Below, one piece after another: positions 1 through 15,000 of a stretch of DNA of 64,000 nucleotides. The DNA lies in the NCBI GenBank assembly GCA_964057225.1, contig OZ059894.1:12896001-12960000 (forward strand). The letters are read 5' to 3'. Numbering within the stretch: position 1 is the first letter of the stretch; each line of letters opens with the position of its first letter. A program made the position numbers and the translations under genes. The DNA is from Auanema rhodensis (Eukaryota; Animalia; Nematoda). Below the pieces are notes generated by a model. It was not told the DNA's origin. It ran no database searches and saw only the letters and a list, made by a program, of their open reading frames with translations.

Positions 1-3000
1 TGTTTTATTTTTTTAGTATCAGAAAATTCAAATTAAGATCGTTTTTAATGTTTCAAATCTCAATGAACGAATGAATTGTTTCAAAACTATTGTAAAAATA
101 TGAGATTGTTTCAAAATACGTGATTAAATGAAGAAAATGGAGTAAAATGAATTGGAAAATTATAAAATATTTTCATGTTTTATTTCTTGAGTTTCAAAAT
201 ATTCAAACTTTTTTTTTTCACTGTTTAAAATCTTAATGAACGAATGAATTGTTTCAAAACTATTGTAAAAATTTGAGATTGTTTCAAAATACGTGATTTA
301 ATGAAGAAAATAGAGTAAAATGAATTGGAAAATTATAAAATATTTTCATGTTTTATTTTTTTAGTATCAGAAAATTCAAATTAAGATCGTTTTTAATGTT
401 TCAAATCTTAATGAACGAATGAATTGTTTCAAAACTATTGTAAAAATATGAGATTGTTTCAAAATACGTGATTAAATGAAGAAAATGGAGTAAAATGAAT
501 TGGAAAATTATAAAATATTTTCATTTTTTATTTCTTGAGTATCAAAATATTCAAAATTATATCTATTTTACTGTTAAAAACATTATTAACTGGATGATTT
601 GTTTGGAAATTATTGTAAAAATATGAGATTGTTTCAAAATACGTGATTAAATGAAGAAAATGGAGCAAAATGAATTGGAAAATTATAAAATATTTTCATG
701 TTTTATTTCTTGAGTATCAAAATATTTAAACTTTTTTTTTTCACTGTTTAAAATCTTACAGAACGAATGAATTGTTTCAAAACTATTGTAAAAATTTGAG
801 ATTGTTTCAAAATTTGTGATTAAATGAAGAAAATGGAGTAAAATGAATTGGAAAATTATAAAATATTTCCATGTTTTATTTTCTTAGTATCAGAAAATTC
901 AAATTAAGATCGTTTTTAATGTTTCAAATCTTAATGAACGAATGAATTGTTTCAAAACTATTGTAAAAATATGAGATTGTTTCAAAATACGTGATTAAAT
1001 GAAGAAAATGGAGTAAAATGAATTGGAAAATTATAAAATATTTCCATGTTTTATTTTCTTAGTATCAGAAAATTCAAATTAAGATCGTTTTTAATGTTTC
1101 AAATCTTAATGAACGAATGAATTGTTTCAAAACTATTGTAAAAATATGAGATTAATTCAAAATACGTGATTAAATGAAGAAAATGGAGTAAAATGAATTG
1201 GAAAATTATAAAATATTTTCATGTTTTATTTCTTGAGTTTCAAAATATTCAAACTTTTTTTTTTCACTGTTTAAAATCTTAATGAACGAATGAATTGTTT
1301 CAAAACTATTGTAAAAATATGAGATTGTTTCAAAATACGTGATTAAATGAAGAAAATGGAGTAAAATGAATTGGAAAATTATAAAATATTTTCATGTTTT
1401 ATTTCTTGAGTTTCAAAATATTCAAACTTTTTTTTTTCACTGTTTAAAATCTTAATTAACGAATGAATTGTTTCAAAACTATTGTAAAAATATGAGATTG
1501 TTTCAAAATACGTGATTAAATGAAGAAAATGGAGTAAAATGAATTGGAAAATTATAAAATATTTCCATGTTTTATTTTTTTAGTATCAGAAAATTCAAAT
1601 TAAGATCGTTTTTAATGTTTCAAATCTCAATGAACGAATGAATTGTTTCAAAACTATTGTAAAAATATGAGATTGTTTCAAAATACGTGATTAAATGAAG
1701 AAAATGGAGCAAAATGAATTGGAAAATTATAAAATATTTTCATGTTTTATTTCTTGAGTATCAAAATATTTAAACTTTTTTTTTTCACTGTTTAAAATCT
1801 TAATGAACGAATGAATTGTTTCAAAACTATTGTAAAAATATGAGATTGTTTCAAAATACGTGATTAAATGAAGAAAATGGAGTAAAATGAATTGGAAAAT
1901 TATAAAATATTTCCATGTTTTATTTTTTTAGTATCAGAAAATTCAAATTAAGATCGTTTTTAATGTTTCAAATCTCAATGAACGAATGAATTGTTTCAAA
2001 ACTATTGTAAAAATATGAGATTGTTTCAAAACTATTGTAAAAATATGAGATTGTTTCAAAATACGTGATTAAATGAAGAAAATGGAGCAAAATGAATTGG
2101 AAAATTATAAAATATTTTCATGTTTTATTTCTTGAGTATCAAAATATTTAAACTTTTTTTTTTCACTGTTTAAAATCTTAATGAACGAATGAATTGTTTC
2201 AAAACTATTGTAAAAATATGAGATTGTTTCAAAATACGTGATTAAATGAAGAAAATGGAGTAAAATGAATTGGAAAATTATAAAATATTTTCATGTTTTA
2301 TTTCTTGAGTTTCAAAATATTCAAACTTTTTTTTTTCACTGTTTAAAATCTTAATTAACGAATGAATTGTTTCAAAACTATTGTAAAAATATGAGATTGT
2401 TTCAAAATACGTGATTAAATGAAGAAAATGGAGTAAAATGAATTGGAAAATTATAAAATATTTCCATGTTTTATTTTTTTAGTATCAGAAAATTCAAATT
2501 AAGATCGTTTTTAATGTTTCAAATCTCAATGAACGAATGAATTGTTTCAAAACTATTGTAAAAATATGAGATTGTTTCAAAATACGTGATTAAATGAAGA
2601 AAATGGAGCAAAATGAATTGGAAAATTATAAAATATTTTCATGTTTTATTTCTTGAGTATCAAAATATTTAAACTTTTTTTTTTCACTGTTTAAAATCTT
2701 AATGAACGAATGAATTGTTTCAAAACTATTGTAAAAATTTGAGATTGTTTCAAAATTTGTGATTAAATGAAGAAAATGGAGTAAAATGAATTGGAAAATT
2801 ATAAAATATTTCCATGTTTTATTTTCTTAGTATCAGAAAATTCAAATTAAGATCGTTTTTAATGTTTCAAATCTTAATGAACGAATGAATTGTTTCAAAA
2901 CTATTGTAAAAATATGAGATTGTTTCAAAATACGTGATTAAATGAAGAAAATGGAGTAAAATGAATTGGAAAATTATAAAATATTTCCATGTTTTATTTT

Positions 3001-6000
3001 CTTAGTATCAGAAAATTCAAATTAAGATCGTTTTTAATGTTTCAAATCTTAATGAACGAATGAATTGTTTCAAAACTATTGTAAAAATATGAGATTAATT
3101 CAAAATACGTGATTAAATGAAGAAAATGGAGTAAAATGAATTGGAAAATTATAAAATATTTTCATGTTTTATTTCTTGAGTTTCAAAATATTCAAACTTT
3201 TTTTTTTCACTGTTTAAAATCTTAATGAACGAATGAATTGTTTCAAAACTATTGTAAAAATATGAGATTGTTTCAAAATACGTGATTAAATGAAGAAAAT
3301 GGAGTAAAATGAATTGGAAAATTATAAAATATTTTCATGTTTTATTTCTTGAGTTTCAAAATATTCAAACTTTTTTTTTTCACTGTTTAAAATCTTAATT
3401 AACGAATGAATTGTTTCAAAACTATTGTAAAAATATGAGATTGTTTCAAAATACGTGATTAAATGAAGAAAATGGAGTAAAATGAATTGGAAAATTATAA
3501 AATATTTCCATGTTTTATTTTTTTAGTATCAGAAAATTCAAATTAAGATCGTTTTTAATGTTTCAAATCTCAATGAACGAATGAATTGTTTCAAAACTAT
3601 TGTAAAAATATGAGATTGTTTCAAAATACGTGATTAAATGAAGAAAATGGAGCAAAATGAATTGGAAAATTATAAAATATTTTCATGTTTTATTTCTTGA
3701 GTATCAAAATATTTAAACTTTTTTTTTTCACTGTTTAAAATCTTAATGAACGAATGAATTGTTTCAAAACTATTGTAAAAATATGAGATTGTTTCAAAAT
3801 ACGTGATTAAATGAAGAAAATGGAGTAAAATGAATTGGAAAATTATAAAATATTTCCATGTTTTATTTTTTTAGTATCAGAAAATTCAAATTAAGATCGT
3901 TTTTAATGTTTCAAATCTCAATGAACGAATGAATTGTTTCAAAACTATTGTAAAAATATGAGATTGTTTCAAAACTATTGTAAAAATATGAGATTGTTTC
4001 AAAATACGTGATTAAATGAAGAAAATGGAGCAAAATGAATTGGAAAATTATAAAATATTTTCATGTTTTATTTCTTGAGTATCAAAATATTTAAACTTTT
4101 TTTTTTCACTGTTTAAAATCTTAATGAACGAATGAATTGTTTCAAAACTATTGTAAAAATATGAGATTGTTTCAAAATACGTGATTAAATGAAGAAAATG
4201 GAGTAAAATGAATTGGAAAATTATAAAATATTTTCATGTTTTATTTCTTGAGTTTCAAAATATTCAAACTTTTTTTTTTCACTGTTTAAAATCTTAATTA
4301 ACGAATGAATTGTTTCAAAACTATTGTAAAAATATGAGATTGTTTCAAAATACGTGATTAAATGAAGAAAATGGAGTAAAATGAATTGGAAAATTATAAA
4401 ATATTTCCATGTTTTATTTTTTTAGTATCAGAAAATTCAAATTAAGATCGTTTTTAATGTTTCAAATCTCAATGAACGAATGAATTGTTTCAAAACTATT
4501 GTAAAAATATGAGATTGTTTCAAAATACGTGATTAAATGAAGAAAATGGAGCAAAATGAATTGGAAAATTATAAAATATTTTCATGTTTTATTTCTTGAG
4601 TATCAAAATATTTAAACTTTTTTTTTTCACTGTTTAAAATCTTAATGAACGAATGAATTGTTTCAAAACTATTGTAAAAATATGAGATTGTTTCAAAATA
4701 CGTGATTGAATGAAGAAAATGGAGTAAAATGAATTGGAAAATTATAAAATATTTCCATGTTTTATTTTTTTAGTATCAGAAAATTCAAATTAAGATCGTT
4801 TTTAATGTTTCAAATCTCAATGAACGAATGAATTGTTTCAAAACTATTGTAAAAATATGAGATTGTTTCAAAACTATTGTAAAAATATGAGATTGTTTCA
4901 AAATACGTGATTAAATGAAGAAAATGGAGCAAAATGAATTGGAAAATTATAAAATATTTTCATGTTTTATTTCTTGAGTATCAAAATATTTAAACTTTTT
5001 TTTTTCACTGTTTAAAATCTTAATGAACGAATGAATTGTTTCAAAACTATTGTAAAAATATGAGATTGTTTCAAAATACGTGATTAAATGAAGAAAATGG
5101 AGTAAAATGAATTGGAAAATTATAAAATATTTCCATGTTTTATTTTTTTAGTATCAGAAATTTCAAATTAAGATCGTTTTTAATGTTTCAAATCTCAATG
5201 AACGAATGAATTGTTTCAAAACTATTGTAAAAATATGAGATTGTTTCAAAACTATTGTAAAAATATGAGATTGTTTCAAAATACGTGATTAAATGAAGAA
5301 AATGGAGCAAAATGAATTGGAAAATTATAAAATATTTTCATGTTTTATTTCTTGAGTATCAAAATATTTAAACTTTTTTTTTTCACTGTTTAAAATCTTA
5401 ATGAACGAATGAATTGTTTCAAAACTATTGTAAAAATATGAGATTGTTTCAAAATACGTGATTAAATGAAGAAAATGGAGTAAAATGAATTGGAAAATTA
5501 TAAAATATTTCCATGTTTTATTTTTTTAGTATCAGAAAATTCAAATTAAGATCGTTTTTAATGTTTCAAATCTCAATGAACGAATGAATTGTTTCAAAAC
5601 TATTGTAAAAATATGAGATTGTTTCAAAATACGTGATTAAATGAAGAAAATGGAGTAAAATGAATTGGAAAATTATAAAATATTTTCATGTTTTATTTCT
5701 TGAGTTTCAAAATATTCAAACTTTTTTTTTTCACTGTTTAAAATCTTAATGAACGAATGAATTGTTTCAAAACTATTGTAAAAATTTGAGATTGTTTCAA
5801 AATACGTGATTTAATGAAGAAAATAGAGTAAAATGAATTGGAAAATTATAAAATATTTTCATGTTTTATTTTTTTAGTATCAGAAAATTCAAATTAAGAT
5901 CGTTTTTAATGTTTCAAATCTTAATGAACGAATGAATTGTTTCAAAACTATTGTAAAAATATGAGATTGTTTCAAAATACGTGATTAAATGAAGAAAATG

Positions 6001-9000
6001 GAGTAAAATGAATTGGAAAATTATAAAATATTTTCATTTTTTATTTCTTGAGTATCAAAATATTCAAAATTATATCTTTTTTACTGTTAAAAACATTATT
6101 AACTGGATGATTTGTTTGGAAATTATTGTAAAAATATGAGATTGTTTCAAAATACGTGATTAAATGAAGAAAATGGAGCAAAATGAATTGGAAAATTATA
6201 AAATATTTTCATGTTTTATTTCTTGAGTATCAAAATATTTAAACTTTTTTTTTTCACTGTTTAAAATCTTAATGAACGAATGAATTGTTTCAAAACTATT
6301 GTAAAAATATGAGATTGTTTCAAAATACGTGATTAAATGAAGAAAATGGAGTAAAATGAATTGGAAAATTATAAAATATTTCCATGTTTTATTTTCTTAG
6401 TATCAGAAAATTCAAATTAAGATCGTTTTCAATGTTTCAAATCTTAATGAACGAATTAATCGTTTCAAAACTATTGTAAAAATATGAGATTGTTTCAAAA
6501 TACGTGATTAAATGAAGAAAATAGAGTAAAATGAATTGGAATATTATAAAATATTTTCATGTTTTATTTCTTGAGTATCAAAATATTCAAACTTTTTTTT
6601 TTCACTGTTTAAAATCTTAATGAACGAATGAATTGTTTCAAAACTATTGTAAAAATTTGAGATTGTTTCAAAATACGTGATTAAATGAAGAAAATGGAGT
6701 AAAATGAATTGGAAAATTATAAAATATTTCCATGTTTTATTTTTTTAGTATCAGAAAATTCAAATTAAGATCGTTTTTAATGTTTCAAATCTCAATGAAC
6801 GAATGAATTGTTTCAAAACTATTGTAAAAATATGAGATTGTTTCAAAATACGTGATTAAATGAAGAAAATGGAGTAAAATGAATTGGAAAATTATAAAAT
6901 ATTTTCATGTTTTATTTCTTGAGTTTCAAAATATTCAAACTTTTTTTTTTCACTGTTTAAAATCTTAATGAACGAATGAATTGTTTCAAAACTATTGTAA
7001 AAATTTGAGATTGTTTCAAAATACGTGATTTAATGAAGAAAATAGAGTAAAATGAATTGGAAAATTATAAAATATTTTCATGTTTTATTTTTTTAGTATC
7101 AGAAAATTCAAATTAAGATCGTTTTTAATGTTTCAAATCTTAATGAACGAATGAATTGTTTCAAAACTATTGTAAAAATATGAGATTGTTTCAAAATACG
7201 TGATTAAATGAAGAAAATGGAGTAAAATGAATTGGAAAATTATAAAATATTTTCATTTTTTATTTCTTGAGTATCAAAATATTCAAAATTATATCTTTTT
7301 TACTGTTAAAAACATTATTAACTGGATGATTTGTTTGGAAATTATTGTAAAAATATGAGATTGTTTCAAAATACGTGATTAAATGAAGAAAATGGAGCAA
7401 AATGAATTGGAAAATTATAAAATATTTTCATGTTTTATTTCTTGAGTATCAAAATATTTAAACTTTTTTTTTTCACTGTTTAAAATCTTACAGAACGAAT
7501 GAATTGTTTCAAAACTATTGTAAAAATTTGAGATTGTTTCAAAATTTGTGATTAAATGAAGAAAATGGAGTAAAATGAATTGGAAAATTATAAAATATTT
7601 CCATGTTTTATTTTCTTAGTATCAGAAAATTCAAATTAAGATCGTTTTTAATGTTTCAAATCTTAATGAACGAATGAATTGTTTCAAAACTATTGTAAAA
7701 ATATGAGATTGTTTCAAAATACGTGATTAAATGAAGAAAATGGAGTAAAATGAATTGGAAAATTATAAAATATTTCCATGTTTTATTTTCTTAGTATCAG
7801 AAAATTCAAATTAAGATCGTTTTTAATGTTTCAAATCTTAATGAACGAATGAATTGTTTCAAAACTATTGTAAAAATATGAGATTAATTCAAAATACGTG
7901 ATTAAATGAAGAAAATGGAGTAAAATGAATTGGAAAATTATAAAATATTTTCATGTTTTATTTCTTGAGTTTCAAAATATTCAAACTTTTTTTTTTCACT
8001 GTTTAAAATCTTAATGAACGAATGAATTGTTTCAAAACTATTGTAAAAATATGAGATTGTTTCAAAATACGTGATTAAATGAAGAAAATGGAGTAAAATG
8101 AATTGGAAAATTATAAAATATTTTCATGTTTTATTTCTTGAGTTTCAAAATATTCAAACTTTTTTTTTTCACTGTTTAAAATCTTAATTAACGAATGAAT
8201 TGTTTCAAAACTATTGTAAAAATATGAGATTGTTTCAAAATACGTAATTAAATGAAGAAAATGGAGTAAAATGAATTGGAAAATTATAAAATATTTCCAT
8301 GTTTTATTTTTTTAGTATCAGAAAATTCAAATTAAGATCGTTTTTAATGTTTCAAATCTCAATGAACGAATGAATTGTTTTAAAACTATTGTAAAAATAT
8401 GAGATTGTTTCAAAATACGTGATTAAATGAAGAAAATGGAGCAAAATGAATTGGAAAATTATAAAATATTTTCATGTTTTATTTCTTGAGTATCAAAATA
8501 TTTAAACTTTTTTTTTTCACTGTTTAAAATCTTAATGAACGAATGAATTGTTTCAAAACTATTGTAAAAATATGAGATTGTTTCAAAATACGTGATTAAA
8601 TGAAGAAAATGGAGTAAAATGAATTGGAAAATTATAAAATATTTTTATGTTTTATTTCTTGAGTTTCAAAATATTCAAACTTTTTTTTTTCACTGTTTAA
8701 AATCTTACAGAACGAATGAATTGTTTCAAAACTATTGTAAAAATTTGAGATTGTTTCAAAATACGTGATTAAATGAAGAAAATGGAGTAAAATGAATTGG
8801 AAAATTATAAAATATTTCCATGTTTTATTTTCTTAGTATCAGAAAATTCGAATTAAGATCGTTTTCAATGTTTCAAATCTTAATGAACGAATTAATTGTT
8901 TCAAAACTATTGTAAAAATATGAGATTGTTTCAAAATACGTGATTAAATGAAGAAAATGGAGTAAAATGAATTGGAAAATTATAAAATATTTCCATGTTT

Positions 9001-12000
9001 TATTTTTTTAGTATCAGAAAATTCAAATTAAGATCGTTTTTAATGTTTCAAATCTCAATGAACGAATGAATTGTTTCAAAACTATTGTAAAAATATGAGA
9101 TTGTTTCAAAATACGTGATTAAATGAAGAAAATGGAGTAAAATGAATTGGAAAATTATAAAATATTTTCATGTTTTATTTCTTGAGTTTCAAAATATTCA
9201 AACTTTTTTTTTTCACTGTTTAAAATCTTAATGAACGAATGAATTGTTTCAAAACTATTGTAAAAATATGAGATTGTTTCAAAATACGTGATTAAATGAA
9301 GAAAATGGAGTAAAATGAATTGGAAAATTATAAAATATTTCCATGTTTTATTTTCTTAGAATCAGAAAATTCAAATTAAGATCGTTTTCAATGTTTCAAA
9401 TCTTAATGAACGAATTAATCGTTTCAAAACTATTGTAAAAATATGAGATTGTTTCAAAATACGTGATTAAATGAAGAAAATAGAGTAAAATGAATTGGAA
9501 TATTATAAAATATTTTCATGTTTTATTTCTTGAGTATCAAAATATTCAAACTTTTTTTTTTCACTGTTTAAAATCTTAATGAACGAATGAATTGTTTCAA
9601 AACTATTGTAAAAATATGAGATTGTTTCAAAATACGTGATTAAATGAAGGAAATGGAGTAAAATGAATTGGAAAATTATAAAATATTTTCATGTTTTATT
9701 TCTTGAGTTTCAAAATATTCAAACTTTTTTTTTTCACTGTTTAAAATCTTAATGAACGAATGAATTGTTTCAAAACTATTGTAAAAATTTGAGATTGTTT
9801 CAAAATACGTGATTAAATGAAGAAAATGGAGTAAAATGAATTGGAAAATTATAAAATATTTCCATGTTTTATTTTTTTAGTATCAGAAAATTCAAATTAA
9901 GATCGTTTTTAATGTTTCAAATCTCAATGAACGAATGAATTGTTTCAAAACTATTGTAAAAATATGAGATTGTTTCAAAATACGTGATTAAATGAAGAAA
10001 ATGGAGTAAAATGAATTGGAAAATTATAAAATATTTTCATGTTTTATTTCTTGAGTTTCAAAATATTCAAACTTTTTTTTTTCACTGTTTAAAATCTTAA
10101 TGAACGAATGAATTGTTTCAAAACTATTGTAAAAATATGAGATTGTTTCAAAATACGTGATTAAATGAAGGAAATGGAGTAAAATGAATTGGAAAATTAT
10201 AAAATATTTTCATGTTTTATTTCTTGAGTTTCAAAATATTCAAACTTTTTTTTTTCACTGTTTAAAATCTTAATTAACGAATGAATTGTTTCAAAACTAT
10301 TGTAAAAATATGAGATTGTTTCAAAATACGTGATTAAATGAAGAAAATGGAGTAAAATGAATTGGAAAATTATAAAATATTTCCATGTTTTATTTTTTTA
10401 GTATCAGAAAATTCAAATTAAGATCGTTTTTAATGTTTCAAATCTCAATGAACGAATGAATTGTTTCAAAACTATTGTAAAAATATGAGATTGTTTCAAA
10501 ATACGTGATTAAATGAAGAAAATGGAGCAAAATGAATTGGAAAATTATAAAATATTTTCATGTTTTATTTCTTGAGTATCAAAATATTTAAACTTTTTTT
10601 TTTCACTGTTTAAAATCTTAATGAACGAATGAATTGTTTCAAAACTATTGTAAAAATATGAGATTGTTTCAAAATACGTGATTAAATGAAGAAAATGGAG
10701 TAAAATGAATTGGAAAATTATAAAATATTTTCATGTTTTATTTCTTGAGTTTCAAAATATTCAAACTTTTTTTTTTCACTGTTTAAAATCTTACAGAACG
10801 AATGAATTGTTTCAAAACTATTGTAAAAATTTGAGATTGTTTCAAAATACGTGATTAAATGAAGAAAATGGAGTAAAATGAATTGGAAAATTATAAAATA
10901 TTTCCATGTTTTATTTTCTTAGTATCAGAAAATTCGAATTAAGATCGTTTTCAATGTTTCAAATCTTAATGAACGAATTAATTGTTTCAAAACTATTGTA
11001 AAAATATGAGATTGTTTCAAAATACGTGATTAAATGAAGAAAATGGAGTAAAATGAATTGGAAAATTATAAAATATTTCCATGTTTTATTTTTTTAGTAT
11101 CAGAAAATTCAAATTAAGATCGTTTTTAATGTTTCAAATCTCAATGAACGAATGAATTGTTTCAAAACTATTGTAAAAATATGAGATTGTTTCAAAATAC
11201 GTGATTAAATGAAGAAAATGGAGTAAAATGAATTGGAAAATTATAAAATATTTTCATGTTTTATTTCTTGAGTATCAAAATATTTAAACTTTTTTTTTTC
11301 ACTGTTTAAAATCTTAATGAACGAATGAATTGTTTCAAAACTATTGTAAAAATATGAGATTGTTTCAAAATACGTGATTAAATGAAGGAAATGGAGTAAA
11401 ATGAATTGGAAAATTATAAAATATTTTCATGTTTTATTTCTTGAGTTTCAAAATATTCAAACTTTTTTTTTTCACTGTTTAAAATCTTAATTAACGAATG
11501 AATTGTTTCAAAACTATTGTAAAAATATGAGATTGTTTCAAAATACGTGATTAAATGAAGAAAATGGAGTAAAATGAATTGGAAAATTATAAAATATTTC
11601 CATGTTTTATTTTTTTAGTATCAGAAAATTCAAATTAAGATCGTTTTTAATGTTTCAAATCTCAATGAACGAATGAATTGTTTCAAAACTATTGTAAAAA
11701 TATGAGATTGTTTCAAAATACGTGATTAAATGAAGAAAATGGAGCAAAATGAATTGGAAAATTATAAAATATTTTCATGTTTTATTTCTTGAGTATCAAA
11801 ATATTTAAACTTTTTTTTTTCACTGTTTAAAATCTTAATGAACGAATGAATTGTTTCAAAACTATTGTAAAAATATGAGATTGTTTCAAAATACGTGATT
11901 AAATGAAGAAAATGGAGTAAAATGAATTGGAAAATTATAAAATATTTTCATGTTTTATTTCTTGAGTTTCAAAATATTCAAACTTTTTTTTTTCACTGTT

Positions 12001-15000
12001 TAAAATCTTACAGAACGAATGAATTGTTTCAAAACTATTGTAAAAATTTGAGATTGTTTCAAAATACGTGATTAAATGAAGAAAATGGAGTAAAATGAAT
12101 TGGAAAATTATAAAATATTTCCATGTTTTATTTTCTTAGTATCAGAAAATTCGAATTAAGATCGTTTTCAATGTTTCAAATCTTAATGAACGAATTAATT
12201 GTTTCAAAACTATTGTAAAAATATGAGATTGTTTCAAAATACGTGATTAAATGAAGAAAACGGAGTAAAATGAATTGGAAAATTATAAAATATTTCCATG
12301 TTTTATTTTTTTAGTATCAGAAAATTCAAATTAAGATCGTTTTTAATGTTTCAAATCTCAATGAACGAATGAATTGTTTCAAAACTATTGTAAAAATATG
12401 AGATTGTTTCAAAATACGTGATTAAATGAAGAAAATGGAGTAAAATGAATTGGAAAATTATAAAATATTTTCATGTTTTATTTCTTGAGTTTCAAAATAT
12501 TCAAACTTTTTTTTTTCACTGTTTAAAATCTTAATGAACGAATGAATTGTTTCAAAACTATTGTAAAAATATGAGATTGTTTCAAAATACGTGATTAAAT
12601 GAAGAAAATGGAGTAAAATGAATTGGAAAATTATAAAATATTTCCATGTTTTATTTTCTTAGTATCAGAAAATTCAAATTAAGATCGTTTTCAATGTTTC
12701 AAATCTTAATGAACGAATTAATCGTTTCAAAACTATTGTAAAAATATGAGATTGTTTCAAAATACGTGATTAAATGAAGAAAATAGAGTAAAATGAATTG
12801 GAATATTATAAAATATTTTCATGTTTTATTTCTTGAGTATCAAAATATTCAAACTTTTTTTTTTCACTGTTTAAAATCTTAATGAACGAATGAATTGTTT
12901 CAAAACTATTGTAAAAATATGAGATTGTTTCAAAATACGTGATTAAATGAAGGAAATGGAGTAAAATGAATTGGAAAATTATAAAATATTTTCATGTTTT
13001 ATTTCTTGAGTTTCAAAATATTCAAACTTTTTTTTTTCACTGTTTAAAATCTTAATGAACGAATGAATTGTTTCAAAACTATTGTAAAAATTTGAGATTG
13101 TTTCAAAATACGTGATTAAATGAAGAAAATGGAGTAAAATGAATTGGAAAATTATAAAATATTTCCATGTTTTATTTTTTTAGTATCAGAAAATTCAAAT
13201 TAAGATCGTTTTTAATGTTTCAAATCTCAATGAACGAATGAATTGTTTCAAAACTATTGTAAAAATATGAGATTGTTTCAAAATACGTGATTAAATGAAG
13301 AAAATGGAGTAAAATGAATTGGAAAATTATAAAATATTTTCATGTTTTATTTCTTGAGTTTCAAAATATTCAAACTTTTTTTTTTCACTGTTTAAAATCT
13401 TAATGAACGAATGAATTGTTTCAAAACTATTGTAAAAATTTGAGATTGTTTCAAAATACGTGATTTAATGAAGAAAATAGAGTAAAATGAATTGGAAAAT
13501 TATAAAATATTTTCATGTTTTTATTTTTTAGTATCAGAAAATTCAAATTAAGATCGTTTTTAATGTTTCAAATCTTAATGAACGAATGAATTGTTTCAAA
13601 ACTATTGTAAAAATATGAGATTGTTTCAAAATACGTGATTAAATGAAGAAAATGGAGTAAAATGAATTGGAAAATTATAAAATATTTTCATTTTTTATTT
13701 CTTGAGTATCAAAATATTCAAAATTATATCTTTTTTACTGTTAAAAACATTATTAACTGGATGATTTGTTTGGAAATTATTGTAAAAATATGAGATTGTT
13801 TCAAAATACGTGATTAAATGAAGAAAATGGAGCAAAATGAATTGGAAAATTATGAAATATTTTCATGTTTTATTTCTTGAGTATCAAAATATTTAAACTT
13901 TTTTTTTTCACTGTTTAAAATCTTACAGAACGAATGAATTGTTTCAAAACTATTGTAAAAATTTGAGATTGTTTCAAAATTTGTGATTAAATGAAGAAAA
14001 TGGAGTAAAATGAATTGGAAAATTATAAAATATTTCCATGTTTTATTTTCTTAGTATCAGAAAATTCAAATTAAGATCGTTTTTAATGTTTCAAATCTTA
14101 ATGAACGAATGAATTGTTTCAAAACTATTGTAAAAATATGAGATTGTTTCAAAATACGTGATTAAATGAAGAAAATGGAGTAAAATGAATTGGAAAATTA
14201 TAAAATATTTCCATGTTTTATTTTCTTAGTATCAGAAAATTCAAATTAAGATCGTTTTTAATGTTTCAAATCTTAATGAACGAATGAATTGTTTCAAAAC
14301 TATTGTAAAAATATGAGATTAATTCAAAATACGTGATTAAATGAAGAAAATGGAGTAAAATGAATTGGAAAATTATAAAATATTTTCATGTTTTATTTCT
14401 TGAGTTTCAAAATATTCAAACTTTTTTTTTTCACTGTTTAAAATCTTAATGAACGAATGAATTGTTTCAAAACTATTGTAAAAATATGAGATTGTTTCAA
14501 AATACGTGATTAAATGAAGAAAATGGAGTAAAATGAATTGGAAAATTATAAAATATTTTCATGTTTTATTTCTTGAGTTTCAAAATATTCAAACTTTTTT
14601 TTTTCACTGTTTAAAATCTTAATTAACGAATGAATTGTTTCAAAACTATTGTAAAAATATGAGATTGTTTCAAAATACGTGATTAAATGAAGAAAATGGA
14701 GTAAAATGAATTGGAAAATTATAAAATATTTCCATGTTTTATTTTTTTAGTATCAGAAAATTCAAATTAAGATCGTTTTTAATGTTTCAAATCTCAATGA
14801 ACGAATGAATTGTTTCAAAACTATTGTAAAAAAATGAGATTGTTTCAAAATACGTGATTAAATGAAGAAAATGGAGCAAAATGAATTGGAAAATTATAAA
14901 ATATTTTCATGTTTTATTTCTTGAGTATCAAAATATTTAAACTTTTTTTTTTCACTGTTTAAAATCTTAATGAACGAATGAATTGTTTCAAAACTATTGT

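Noticed and set aside
117-122. TACGTG (hypoxia-response-element core) in nearly every monomer
   Set aside because: Its copy number follows trivially from tandem amplification of a 6-mer, and some monomers lose it (TTTGTG).
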